Assembly: GCA_050250895.1 (NCBI GenBank)
Contig: JBFWNU010000001.1
Span: 3,108,891 to 3,172,890, forward strand
Origin: Vulcanimicrobiota bacterium
GTDB lineage: Bacteria; Vulcanimicrobiota; Xenobia; Xenobiales; JADMJV01
Reading direction: 5' to 3'
DNA length: 64,000 nt
Shown: piece after piece, positions 49,552 through 57,951 of the stretch
Numbering within the stretch: the first letter of the stretch is position 1
How the letters are laid out: every line of letters begins with the position of its first letter
Translations under genes and position numbers: made by a program
Notes under the pieces: generated by a model
Database searches by the model: none
Told to the model about the DNA's origin: nothing
The model's input: the letters and a program-made list of their open reading frames with translations, nothing else

Positions 49552-50192
49552 AAGCGCGGGTCTTTGGGTGGCAAGTTCACCGACCTGACAGTAGGTTCGT
49601 CGTCGACGATGTCGAGCAGAAAGCCACCGATGTCTACCGTGTCGCCATCGTTAACAATGGCTTTGCTATCGACCTTGAGCGCATCAGCCAGATTCAGCAC
49701 CTGACGGGTGCTGTCGGCTTTAACCAGATATTCGGCCACCAGTTTGGCGTGGCCGGGACCAAGCGCGTCCAACGAAGCCTGCGGTTCATCGCCGCAGGCT
49801 TTGCCTTGAGCCAGCAAACTGCGAAACAGCAATTCTCCGCCCACCATGGCGGCTCCGCAGGCGATGGCGATGCCGGTGCGCATCCCCATCGAGGCCAGGT
49901 CGTGGGCGTGAAAGATCGAGAAGAAACCGCCCACGAAGCCAAAGGCTCCAGCGTGGGTCACGGCCTTGATGATGGAAAGGTTGCGATCGTTGCTGCGACT
50001 TTTGTCCAGCCCCTGGTCGATGACCGAGCGATAGTCACGCAGGCGGGTCAGGTCGCTCTCGGGAGCCTTGATCTTGGCCGCCAGATCGATAGCCTCGTCC
50101 AGGGTGTCGACCCGTTCCTGCCACTGGTGGTAGCGTTCGCGGTTCCATGGCGAGAAGACCGGAAAGCTCTGCACATAGCCTTTCACATTCAC
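49548..50192 (-). CDS. Hypothetical two-TM protein
   Basis: Two hydrophobic helices; C-terminal GDTVDIGGF; TAGACT 6 nt before the GTG. Confidence 0.7.
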   Translation of the reverse strand: MNVKGYVQSFPVFSPWNRERYHQWQERVDTLDEAIDLAAKIKAPESDLTRLRDYRSVIDQGLDKSRSNDRNLSIIKAVTHAGAFGFVGGFFSIFHAHDLASMGMRTGIAIACGAAMVGGELLFRSLLAQGKACGDEPQASLDALGPGHAKLVAEYLVKADSTRQVLNLADALKVDSKAIVNDGDTVDIGGFLLDIVDDEPTVRSVNLPPKDPRF

Positions 50193-50225
50193 CCGCTCAG
50201 TCTAGCCGCCCGGCCTCAAAGAAAG

Positions 50226-51194
50226 CTAAATCCAGCGCAGCACGTCGCGAGCGTGATAGGTGAGGATCAAGTCGGCACCGGCCCGCTTCATTCCGGTGAG
50301 CATCTCGAGCACGACCGCTCTTTCGTCGATCCAGCCCTTCTCGGCGGCGGCCTTCACCATCGAATACTCGCCACTCACATTATAGGCAGCCAGCGGGTGG
50401 GGCAGGGCATCGCGAATTTCGCGCAGGATATCGAGGTAAGGAAGGGCCGGTTTGACCATCAAGATGTCGGCCCCTTCCTCGGCGTCGAGGATGGCTTCAC
50501 GCAGGGCCTCACGCCGATTGGCCGGGTCCATCTGGTAGGCTCGCCGGTCGCCGAAGCTGGGAGTGGAGTGGGCCGCCTCGCGGAACGGTCCGTAGAAGCT
50601 CGAGGCGAACTTGGCCGAATAAGCCATGATGGCGGTGTCTTGGAAGCCCTCGGCGTCAAGTCGATGGCGGATTGCCTCGACACGTCCATCCATCATGTCC
50701 GAGGGGGCAACCATGTCGGCCCCGGCCTGAGCGTGCGAGAGCGCCGTTTGAGCTAGCAGGTCGAGGCTTGGGTCGTTGGCTACCTGATGGCCCTCGAGCA
50801 AGCCGCAGTGGCCGTGGTCGGTATACTGACACAGGCAGACATCGGTGATGACCAGCAGTTCCGGATGGTTGGCTTTGGCCAGAGCCACGGCCCTTTGCAC
50901 GGGAGCCTCGGGATGCCAGGCCTGACTGCCCTGGGGGTCCTTGTGGCCCGGCAAACCGAACAGGATGATGGCGCGAACCCCTTCACCCACCGCCTTTTCC
51001 AGGTCTTGAGCGAAGCGGTCGAGGCTCAGGTGATAAACGCCCGGCAGGGCCGAGATTTCATCAGACACGCCTTCGCCTTCGACCACGAAGTAGGGCAGGA
51101 TCAGGTCGTTGGGGGTGAGCTGGGTCTCGCGCACCAGATCGCGCATGGTGGGGCTGCGTCGCAAGCGACGCATGCGTAGATAGGGAAACTGCAT
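50226..51194 (-). CDS. hemB: Porphobilinogen synthase
   Basis: RMRRLR, DVCLCQYTDHGHCG, APSDMMDGR, SSFYGPFR, MVKPALPYLD. Confidence 0.97.
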   Translation of the reverse strand: MQFPYLRMRRLRRSPTMRDLVRETQLTPNDLILPYFVVEGEGVSDEISALPGVYHLSLDRFAQDLEKAVGEGVRAIILFGLPGHKDPQGSQAWHPEAPVQRAVALAKANHPELLVITDVCLCQYTDHGHCGLLEGHQVANDPSLDLLAQTALSHAQAGADMVAPSDMMDGRVEAIRHRLDAEGFQDTAIMAYSAKFASSFYGPFREAAHSTPSFGDRRAYQMDPANRREALREAILDAEEGADILMVKPALPYLDILREIRDALPHPLAAYNVSGEYSMVKAAAEKGWIDERAVVLEMLTGMKRAGADLILTYHARDVLRWI

Positions 51195-51218
51195 GGCCCG
51201 GCAGTTAGGGCCGCGAGG

Positions 51219-51815
51219 CTAGGTTCCCTTCTTCTCCTGGTCGAGGCGGGCTTGAGCCTTCTGCTCTTTCAGGCGAGCGCCAGCGGCCACTTCTTCATCC
51301 GCGTCCGACAGCGGAGCGATGGTGTTGTGAGAGGGAGCCAGAGCCGAACGCTGGACCTTCTGCATCTTCTTGACCGTCTTTTCAGCGTCGGCGTCTTCGC
51401 CGGTGTCGATCATGACCTTGCCGGCCACTCGATAGGCCTGTCCATCGGGCCCGAGCTTGGACTCATAGCTGGGCATGCCCTGGGCCAATTCTTCGGCGGC
51501 CCGGTAGTGGTCCATCTCGTGTTCTTCGACGGCCTTGTCGACCTTGCGCAGCTCTTTGAGTTGCTCACGCTGGCCGTCGGTCATCTCGCCGAGCTTCTCC
51601 CGCGAGACCGAGGGACCACCATCGGTGGAAAAGGCGCTCATCAAACCGTCGAGCAGGTTGCCCGAGGCGCCCTTGTCTTTGCCTTCGGAGGGGGCCCGAG
51701 AGAACTGGTCGGCTTGACCGGCCTGGGCTGGTTGCGAGCCAGCCTTGCGGGCCAGCGGAGGGGCGGTCAGGCGGGGGGCGTCGTTCTCGCGAATGCTACC
51801 GATCATCTCCTCCAT
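51219..51815 (-). CDS. SprA-related (CJM1_0395-like) protein
   Basis: LRKVDKAVEEHEMDH, GPDGQAY, KVQRSALAP; alternative start at 51806. Confidence 0.75.
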   Translation of the reverse strand: MEEMIGSIRENDAPRLTAPPLARKAGSQPAQAGQADQFSRAPSEGKDKGASGNLLDGLMSAFSTDGGPSVSREKLGEMTDGQREQLKELRKVDKAVEEHEMDHYRAAEELAQGMPSYESKLGPDGQAYRVAGKVMIDTGEDADAEKTVKKMQKVQRSALAPSHNTIAPLSDADEEVAAGARLKEQKAQARLDQEKKGT

Positions 51816-51863
51816 TGTAGCAGCGATCCGATGTCCAGGTGTTAAGGAAAGGTAACGATTGCT

Positions 51864-52268
51864 TTACACTTTTAGTCCAGGAATCTGCCCGGCCAGGCGA
51901 CTGGCGAGCTGCTCGCCGGCCTTCTGTTTGACAAACTCGAAGAACATGCTCAAGAAACTGGGCGCTTTGTCGGCGTCTAGCCCCGAACCGGACAGGGCCG
52001 AGACCAGCTGGGTCAATCCGGCCACCTTGTCGCCGCCCAGGGCCCCGGCGGCGGCGCCCATCAGGCTGCCGAAGCCCGCGCCCACTCCCTCGGGACTCTG
52101 CACCAGGTCGGCGGCGCCGGGAACCTGGTTGAGCAGCTCTTGAAAGTCACCCTGAGCGACTTGCTTTTGAAGGGCAGACAGCAGTCCGCTGGTGGCGTTC
52201 TCGGCCGTGCCCTGATCCAGATCGAGGCTCCTGGAGGCGCTGGCGATGAAGTCGCTGATGCTAGTCAT
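51864..52268 (-). CDS. DUF2780-like small helical protein
   Basis: Helical Gly-rich protein, VPGAADL, GLDADKA. Confidence 0.7.
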   Translation of the reverse strand: MTSISDFIASASRSLDLDQGTAENATSGLLSALQKQVAQGDFQELLNQVPGAADLVQSPEGVGAGFGSLMGAAAGALGGDKVAGLTQLVSALSGSGLDADKAPSFLSMFFEFVKQKAGEQLASRLAGQIPGLKV

Positions 52269-52323
52269 GAAGCGGACTATTCCCGTCTGGAGGGTTGTTC
52301 CCTCTCGGACGGAATCTGGGCTC

Positions 52324-53205
52324 GTGAAGAAGCTGCTATTCTCGCTGGCCTACAGCAATCTCTGGCTGGCCCTTTCGGCCGCCGGGCAGACCTGGGTGAA
52401 CGCTCACCTGCTGGGGATTCCACCCCGCAAGCTGCCGGCCATCCTGGCCGTCATGTCGATGTACTGGGTCTATACCTTCGCCAAGACGGTTCGCTTCGAC
52501 CCCGCCGCCGACGCCGTCAACGACCCCGAGCGCACGGCCTTCCTCAAGCGTTGGCGATTGCCCCTGATCGTGTGGGGGATCAGTGCGCTGGTAGTGGGGT
52601 CTTACCTGGCCTGGCAGAGGTCGGCCACGACCTTATTCATCTTCTTATTGCCGGCGCTGGCTGGCGTCCTCTACGATGTGAAGTTTCTGCCGACCGGCTT
52701 CCGGTATCGGCGACTCAAGGACATCACCGGCGTCAAAGGTCTGGTCGTGGCCCTGGCCTGGACCATCCTGACGGTGGGGCTGCCCATTTGCTTCCATTGC
52801 TGTCGACCGAACGCAGGTCTGATCTGGTTGGTAGGCTTCTGGAATTTCGCGAACTGGTTCGTGAATACCACCTACTTCGACCTGGGTGATCTGGCCGGCG
52901 ATCGCGCCGAGGGCACGGTCACCATACCTGTTCGCTTCGGCTATGCCGCCACCCGTCGCGGACTACACTGTCTCAATCTGTTGGCCTGGCTGGTTCTGAG
53001 CGGGGGAGTCTGGGCCGGATGGTTGCCGTGGTTGGCCCATTTTCCTGGCTTGATCGTGCTGGTGAACTACTACATTCTGAGCCGAGCTCGGTCAGAAGAG
53101 GCCGACATCTCGTTCGAGTGTGATATCATATCAGACGGAGTCTACATCTGGGCGGCTGCTCTGTTGGCCCTTTCAGAAATATTTTTGGGCTCTGTCCTAG
53201 TCTAG
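52324..53205 (+). CDS. UbiA prenyltransferase family membrane protein
   Basis: DAVNDPER, RLKDITGVK, FDLGDLAGDRAEGTVTIP. Confidence 0.82.
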   Translation: MKKLLFSLAYSNLWLALSAAGQTWVNAHLLGIPPRKLPAILAVMSMYWVYTFAKTVRFDPAADAVNDPERTAFLKRWRLPLIVWGISALVVGSYLAWQRSATTLFIFLLPALAGVLYDVKFLPTGFRYRRLKDITGVKGLVVALAWTILTVGLPICFHCCRPNAGLIWLVGFWNFANWFVNTTYFDLGDLAGDRAEGTVTIPVRFGYAATRRGLHCLNLLAWLVLSGGVWAGWLPWLAHFPGLIVLVNYYILSRARSEEADISFECDIISDGVYIWAAALLALSEIFLGSVLV

Positions 53206-53209
53206 TTCC

Positions 53210-54400
53210 ATGATTCACAATATCGCCACCGCCAGACCCGTGATCGCTACCCCCACTCGAGCTGCGTCGACCGCTCCGGCGACTCCGCAAACTCCTGAGG
53301 CTCCGGTGAGCGACCGCGTTCAGTTGCAGCAGTTGGCGCCCCTCGAGAGCCCCAAGAAGGCCATCGACACGCTGGTCAGCGGACTGGGCTATTGCGAATT
53401 TCCCCAGGTGTCGCCTGACGGCCAGACCCTGGTCTTCAACGTGGTCCACGACTATGCCACTTCGCAGGTGATGGTGGTGCCCGCCAAAGGCGGCAAGGTG
53501 AAGGCCCTGGACACCGGCGAGCGTATCAAGCCCGAGAACGTCTCTGAGTATCTGGCTGCCCACGAAGGTCATATCCTCGAGCAGGCCAGCTGGGCCCGAG
53601 ACGGCAAGTCCCTTTTCTTCCGCAGCAACGAGCAGGGCACATTCGGTATCGGCCAGCACAATATGGCCGACGGCAGTCGCCAGATGCTGGTGCACAACCC
53701 CGACCTCAACATGAAGCATCCCAGCGAGATGCCCGACGGACGCATTGTTTGCTACGGCGGCCCGCCCAGCCAGCAATACCCCACCGTCGATCAATTTTCC
53801 AACCTTTTTATCGCCGACCCCAGCAACGGCGCCATCACGATGCTGACCGATTCGACCGGAGATTTCGCCTACAAGCACCCGGCCGTGCTCGGCGATGTGG
53901 TGGTGGCTCACAAAGAAGACAAACAGGCCGACGGAATGGCCGACCTGATTCGTCTCGACCCGGTCACTCGCGAGCAGGTGAAGATCACCGACACTCCTAC
54001 CGCCGACGAGCGCCATCCCTTCCACAGCCCGGCCGTGGACCTGCTGGTGTACCACCGCAAAGAAGACGGCGATAAGAACCTGGTGCTCTCGACCCCTGAC
54101 GGCAGCCGCACCGCTCAGCTGACCTTCTACGGTCGCCCGGCCCAGTCGCCCTGTTGGTCGCCCGACGGCAAGAAGATTTACTTCGTCAAGAAAGACATCA
54201 AGCAAGCAGAGGGCGAGCCGTTCTATGCTCGCCAGTCCGAAATCCGCGTCATGGATGTCGAGAAGGCCCTCAAAGACCTGAAGAAACAGGCTAAGGACCA
54301 GGTCGAGAAGCTCGAAGGCGAGGGCGCCAAGCCCGAACTGATCGAACTCGCCCGTCAGCAACTCGACAATTACAGCTACTTCTTGCGGAGGTACGACTAG
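53210..54400 (+). CDS. TolB-like beta-propeller (PD40 repeats) with low-complexity N-tail
   Basis: PQVSPDGQ, WARDGK, PCWSPDGKKIYF; no Sec signal. Confidence 0.85.
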   Translation: MIHNIATARPVIATPTRAASTAPATPQTPEAPVSDRVQLQQLAPLESPKKAIDTLVSGLGYCEFPQVSPDGQTLVFNVVHDYATSQVMVVPAKGGKVKALDTGERIKPENVSEYLAAHEGHILEQASWARDGKSLFFRSNEQGTFGIGQHNMADGSRQMLVHNPDLNMKHPSEMPDGRIVCYGGPPSQQYPTVDQFSNLFIADPSNGAITMLTDSTGDFAYKHPAVLGDVVVAHKEDKQADGMADLIRLDPVTREQVKITDTPTADERHPFHSPAVDLLVYHRKEDGDKNLVLSTPDGSRTAQLTFYGRPAQSPCWSPDGKKIYFVKKDIKQAEGEPFYARQSEIRVMDVEKALKDLKKQAKDQVEKLEGEGAKPELIELARQQLDNYSYFLRRYD

Positions 54401-54406
54401 CCCCTC

Positions 54407-55378
54407 GTGATCAATACCCACGGTTTTCTCATCGCCGGTCAGCCGCTCGCTCACACCGCTGCCCCCACTCCCGGCCGCCAGTTTCTGCTGGAGGGCACCA
54501 CCGATGTTTATGAGGTGTTGCCTCGCGAGCACCGGTTCCAGCCGGGCGAAGGCCCCATTTATCCGGCTCTGGGCAAGAAGCTGCTCCCGGCCGTCGACGC
54601 CCTCGAACAGACGGTGGGCCAGCTGGGTAAGCACCCCACTCCGGAAGAAGCCGACCGCTCCAACATTCGGCGCCTGATCCGGGTCATGCTGACGCTCTCG
54701 AGCGCTTATCAAGATAGCTATCCTGACAAGAAGCTGACCAAAGCCACCCGCAAGCTCAAGCGCGTGGCCTCGGCCATCGGCAAATACAAAGACCATGGCA
54801 TCCTCCAGCAAAAAGTTGACGAGCTCTATCCCAACGGCGTTCCCAGGAAGCTCCAGAAGCGCCTCGATGCTCACCTGGAAAAGCGCGAGGCTGACTTCAA
54901 GAAGGCCTACCGCCAGTTTCGCAAAGAGGATCTGGCCTACGTGGTCGATGTCCTCAGTCGGCCCGCCAGTCTCGACGGTACGCGTTCACCCCACGACATC
55001 CAAAGCGCCGACTGCGCGCGGCTGAGTGGTCACCTGTCGGGTCTGGTCGACGAGGTCGAGAAGGTCGGGCTCACCCATCACGATCCTCACGATTTTCACG
55101 AAGGCCGCAAGGCCTTGCGCTGGGTGCTGCTGACCGCTCAGGGCACTAACGACGTGCTGCCGATTCCTTCGGGCTCGATCGATTCGATGTCGAACCTGGT
55201 CAACGGGTTGGGCGTGGCTCAGGACAGCTGCATCGCCTGGGAGTGGCTGCGCGACGAGGGCTTCAAGTCTGAGGCCAAGGCCATGGAGAAGGAATACTGG
55301 GACCTGCACGACCACGAGTTGGTGGCCGCTCGCCAGTTCCTCGACGCCGGTCACCTCGATCAACTGCGCTCGCTCTAG
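54407..55378 (+). CDS. CHAD domain protein
   Basis: RRLIRV, IGKYKD, FHEGRKALR, LGVAQD. Confidence 0.7.
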   Translation: MINTHGFLIAGQPLAHTAAPTPGRQFLLEGTTDVYEVLPREHRFQPGEGPIYPALGKKLLPAVDALEQTVGQLGKHPTPEEADRSNIRRLIRVMLTLSSAYQDSYPDKKLTKATRKLKRVASAIGKYKDHGILQQKVDELYPNGVPRKLQKRLDAHLEKREADFKKAYRQFRKEDLAYVVDVLSRPASLDGTRSPHDIQSADCARLSGHLSGLVDEVEKVGLTHHDPHDFHEGRKALRWVLLTAQGTNDVLPIPSGSIDSMSNLVNGLGVAQDSCIAWEWLRDEGFKSEAKAMEKEYWDLHDHELVAARQFLDAGHLDQLRSL

Positions 55379-55908
55379 AGGCCCAGTTCACCTTCGCTGC
55401 GCTCGAGCCGGCGGTCGTGCCACTTGACCTTTTCGTTAACGACCGCGACCTTGGCGTGAAACTCTTCGCTGACGACTCCGAGGTAGCGGGCGAACAGTTG
55501 GTGCATCGTGTCGTGCATCTTCTCGAACTGCTCACCGATGAAGGCCATGGCGTCGGCATCGGCCTGGTCTTTGTTGACCATCCACTGACTATGCTCGTTG
55601 AGGATGCGAGTGTGCTCGTGGAGTAGGGCTGTGTGCTCGTCTAGCTTGCGACTGTGTTCGTCAAGCTTTTGGCTGTGCTCGTCAAGCTTTTGGCCGTGCT
55701 CGTCAAGCTTTCGGCCGTGCTCGTCAAGCTTTCGGCCGTGCTCGTCAAGCTTCTCGGTATGCTCGTCAAGCTTCTGGGTATGCTCGTCAAGCTTCTGGCG
55801 ATGCTCGATATGGTGCTGGGTGTGATCGGCTAGAACTTCTGAGTGGCGCTTGAGAATGTCGGTGTTCTCGGCGACCTGGCGATGGAGGTCTTTCATAGGC
55901 TCCACCAT
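55375..55908 (-). CDS. Heptad-repeat His-rich coiled-coil protein
   Basis: (Q/E/R)KLDEH(T/G/S) x8 plus degenerate heptads. Confidence 0.8.
   Translation of the reverse strand: MVEPMKDLHRQVAENTDILKRHSEVLADHTQHHIEHRQKLDEHTQKLDEHTEKLDEHGRKLDEHGRKLDEHGQKLDEHSQKLDEHSRKLDEHTALLHEHTRILNEHSQWMVNKDQADADAMAFIGEQFEKMHDTMHQLFARYLGVVSEEFHAKVAVVNEKVKWHDRRLERSEGELGL
55590..55806. repeat. 21-bp coding tandem repeat
   Basis: TGCTCGTCAAGCTT core recurring every 21 bp. Confidence 0.9.
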
Positions 55909-55947
55909 ACGCCTTTCGGCCGGCGGCTACAAGAAGACAAACATTCG

Positions 55948-56310
55948 CTACCAGGGATTGACCGAATGTTCCAGATACCCACCTTGCTGGTCGAACAAAA
56001 AGCCTCCGTAGTTGACGAAGTCGATGCGAAAGCAGTCAGGGCCGTTGGACTTGACCACCGGGGGATGGTCGAGTAGCCAGGATTGCTTGTCGTCGATGCA
56101 GGCAAAGGCGCTCTGCAAGACACCGTTGGTGAGCGGGACCGGTCGCCCTGAATCGGCGAAACAGCCTGTCTTCGGGTCGATGAAGGCGCGAGCCCCGGGA
56201 GCCAGTCCGGCCAGGCTTTCTTTGGCCTGCCAGCCGCTGACTTCCAGCGGGATACGATAGCTGCCGACTCCGTTGCCGGCGTGGTGAACGGAGAGTCTGG
56301 TATTAATCAT
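55948..56310 (-). CDS. Hypothetical protein
   Basis: 120-aa ORF; TACAGT 7 nt before the ATG. Confidence 0.6.
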   Translation of the reverse strand: MINTRLSVHHAGNGVGSYRIPLEVSGWQAKESLAGLAPGARAFIDPKTGCFADSGRPVPLTNGVLQSAFACIDDKQSWLLDHPPVVKSNGPDCFRIDFVNYGGFLFDQQGGYLEHSVNPW

Positions 56311-56401
56311 CGGCCGCACTGTACTTGAGTCGGCTTAACCAACTCTGAAAGTCAGAGCAGCGTCTCACCACCATAAGTCACCACCGCCGCGCGGCCGGGA
56401 G

Positions 56402-56434
56402 AAAAAAAGAGCTCCTCGACGGAAGTCTGGAGCT
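56402..56434 (-). terminator. Intrinsic terminator after the tRNA
   Basis: AGCTCC...GGAGCT stem followed by CTTTTTTT. Confidence 0.65.
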
Positions 56435-56508
56435 GGTGGCGGGGGGGAGAATCGAACTCCCGACCAAGGGCTTATGAGTCCCCTGCTCTGCCGCTGAGCT
56501 ACCCCGCC
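56434..56508 (-). tRNA. tRNA-Met(CAT), probably elongator
   Basis: 75-nt cloverleaf GGCGGGGTAGCTCAG...CTCATAA...GTTCGATT...CCA; G1-C72 pair argues against initiator, Ile2 not excluded. Confidence 0.93.
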
Positions 56509-56517
56509 GCAGAATGC

Positions 56518-56546
56518 ATATTACGACCTCGGCCAGGGGATGTCAA
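56518..56546 (-). promoter_or_regulatory. sigma70 promoter of the tRNA
   Basis: TTGACA-17-TAATAT. Confidence 0.8.
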
Positions 56547-56587
56547 GCTCTCGGAGGGAACGGCCGGGCGACCACAAACTAGCCCGC

Positions 56588-57853
56588 ATGGATCCTTTAG
56601 AGCTGGACGTTCGCTCCGAGATTGGCAGGCTGCGGGCGGTCATGACGCACCGTCCCGGGCGAGAAGTGGATCGGATGGTCCCGGGCATGATGAGCGAGTT
56701 GCTCTTCGAGGACATCCTCTATGGCCAGGACGCCCGTGCTGAGCACGACGCTTTTCGCAGCGTACTGGCGGTCGTGGCCGACGAGGTACTCGACATCAGT
56801 ACTTTCCTGGCCGAAGCGCTGGTGGATGACAGTGTCCGGATGGCCTTTATCCAGGCTGTCTCTTACCTCGAGCAACTCCACCCCGAAACGGCCGAGATGC
56901 TCTCGGGGATGAGCGCGCCCAAACTGGCCGACGCCGTCATCGGCGGCCTCGAGTATGAAGAGACCTTCCGTGGCTGGCGAGTGACCCCGCTCCCCAATCT
57001 GCTGTTCGTGCGCGACCCGCTGGTGGTGGCCCAGGACGGCGTGTTGATGGGCTCCATGGCTCGCGTTGCTCGACGTCGCGAACCCCTCATCATGGAGTTC
57101 GCCTACGGCTACCACCCGCGTCTGCGCCTTAAGAAGACCGACCGATTCTATTTTGATGCCCTCAATCGTCCCGGCTATCTGCGCCGACGAACCGTGCCCG
57201 GTCTCGAGGGGGGCGACTTTGCCGTTCTCAGCGACAAGGTGCTGGCCATCGGCCGCTCTGAGCGCACCAGCGAAGTGGCCATCGATCTCCTGGCCAATTC
57301 CTTGATCAATAACAGTTCCATTGAGACGATCCTCATGGTTTTGCTGCCCGAAGAGCGGGCCATGATGCACCTCGACACTGTCTTTAGCCAGACCAACCAT
57401 GAGGAGTGTCTGGTGTATCCACCTTTCTTCATCGGCGAAGGTCCCGATGTCTGCCCGGTGATTCGCAAAGACTTGCGCCGGGGGCATGTACACTCCGAAC
57501 TCAAGCCGTCGCTGCTCGAGGCTCTGGCCGAGGAGGGCATCCAGCTCGAGCCTATCCCGTGTGGAGGCAAAGACCCCATCAACCAGCGCCGCGAACAGTG
57601 GACCGACGGAGCCAACGCTGTGGCTCTGGCCCCCGGCGTGATCATCCTCTACGAGCGCAATCGTTACACCGTCGACGAATTGGCTGCCCGGGGCTACCAG
57701 GTGGTCCATCCTGACGAGGTTGCCGCCGGCAAGGTTTCTCTGGACCTTTCAGGACCCAAGAAATACGTGGTGCTGGTGGAAGGCCACGAGTTGTCTCGGG
57801 CACGTGGGGGCCCCCACTGCATGACGATGCCTTTGAAGCGCGATTCGATTTGA
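56588..57853 (+). CDS. arcA: Arginine deiminase family protein
   Basis: SEIGRLR, HRPG, PLPNLLFVRD, LEGGD, MHLDTV, EQWTDGAN, ELSRARGGPHCM. Confidence 0.9.
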   Translation: MDPLELDVRSEIGRLRAVMTHRPGREVDRMVPGMMSELLFEDILYGQDARAEHDAFRSVLAVVADEVLDISTFLAEALVDDSVRMAFIQAVSYLEQLHPETAEMLSGMSAPKLADAVIGGLEYEETFRGWRVTPLPNLLFVRDPLVVAQDGVLMGSMARVARRREPLIMEFAYGYHPRLRLKKTDRFYFDALNRPGYLRRRTVPGLEGGDFAVLSDKVLAIGRSERTSEVAIDLLANSLINNSSIETILMVLLPEERAMMHLDTVFSQTNHEECLVYPPFFIGEGPDVCPVIRKDLRRGHVHSELKPSLLEALAEEGIQLEPIPCGGKDPINQRREQWTDGANAVALAPGVIILYERNRYTVDELAARGYQVVHPDEVAAGKVSLDLSGPKKYVVLVEGHELSRARGGPHCMTMPLKRDSI

Positions 57854-57878
57854 CACTCTCGGGTCAAAGCTATACCAT
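57850..57878 (+). promoter_or_regulatory. sigma70 promoter
   Basis: TTGACA-17-TACCAT with an ATG 7 nt downstream. Confidence 0.75.
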
Positions 57879-57885
57879 GCCCTCT

Positions 57886-57951
57886 ATGGGAGACCCTTCC
57901 CTATCGGACCTCGATGAACCGCCTTCAGGAGTGAGTTTCTGGCCGTCGTGA
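57886..57951 (+). CDS. Putative 21-aa leaderless leader peptide
   Basis: MGDPSLSDLDEPPSGVSFWPS*; stop overlaps the GTG of the next gene. Confidence 0.45.
   Translation: MGDPSLSDLDEPPSGVSFWPS

Noticed and set aside
49339-50192. Toxin-antitoxin pair
   Set aside because: The genes are convergent and the partner has no recognisable toxin fold
55590-55806. 21-bp repeat as a CRISPR array
   Set aside because: No spacers; it is an in-frame coding heptad repeat
56434-56508. tRNA as an integration site of a genomic island
   Set aside because: No integrase and no duplicated tRNA 3' end seen in this window
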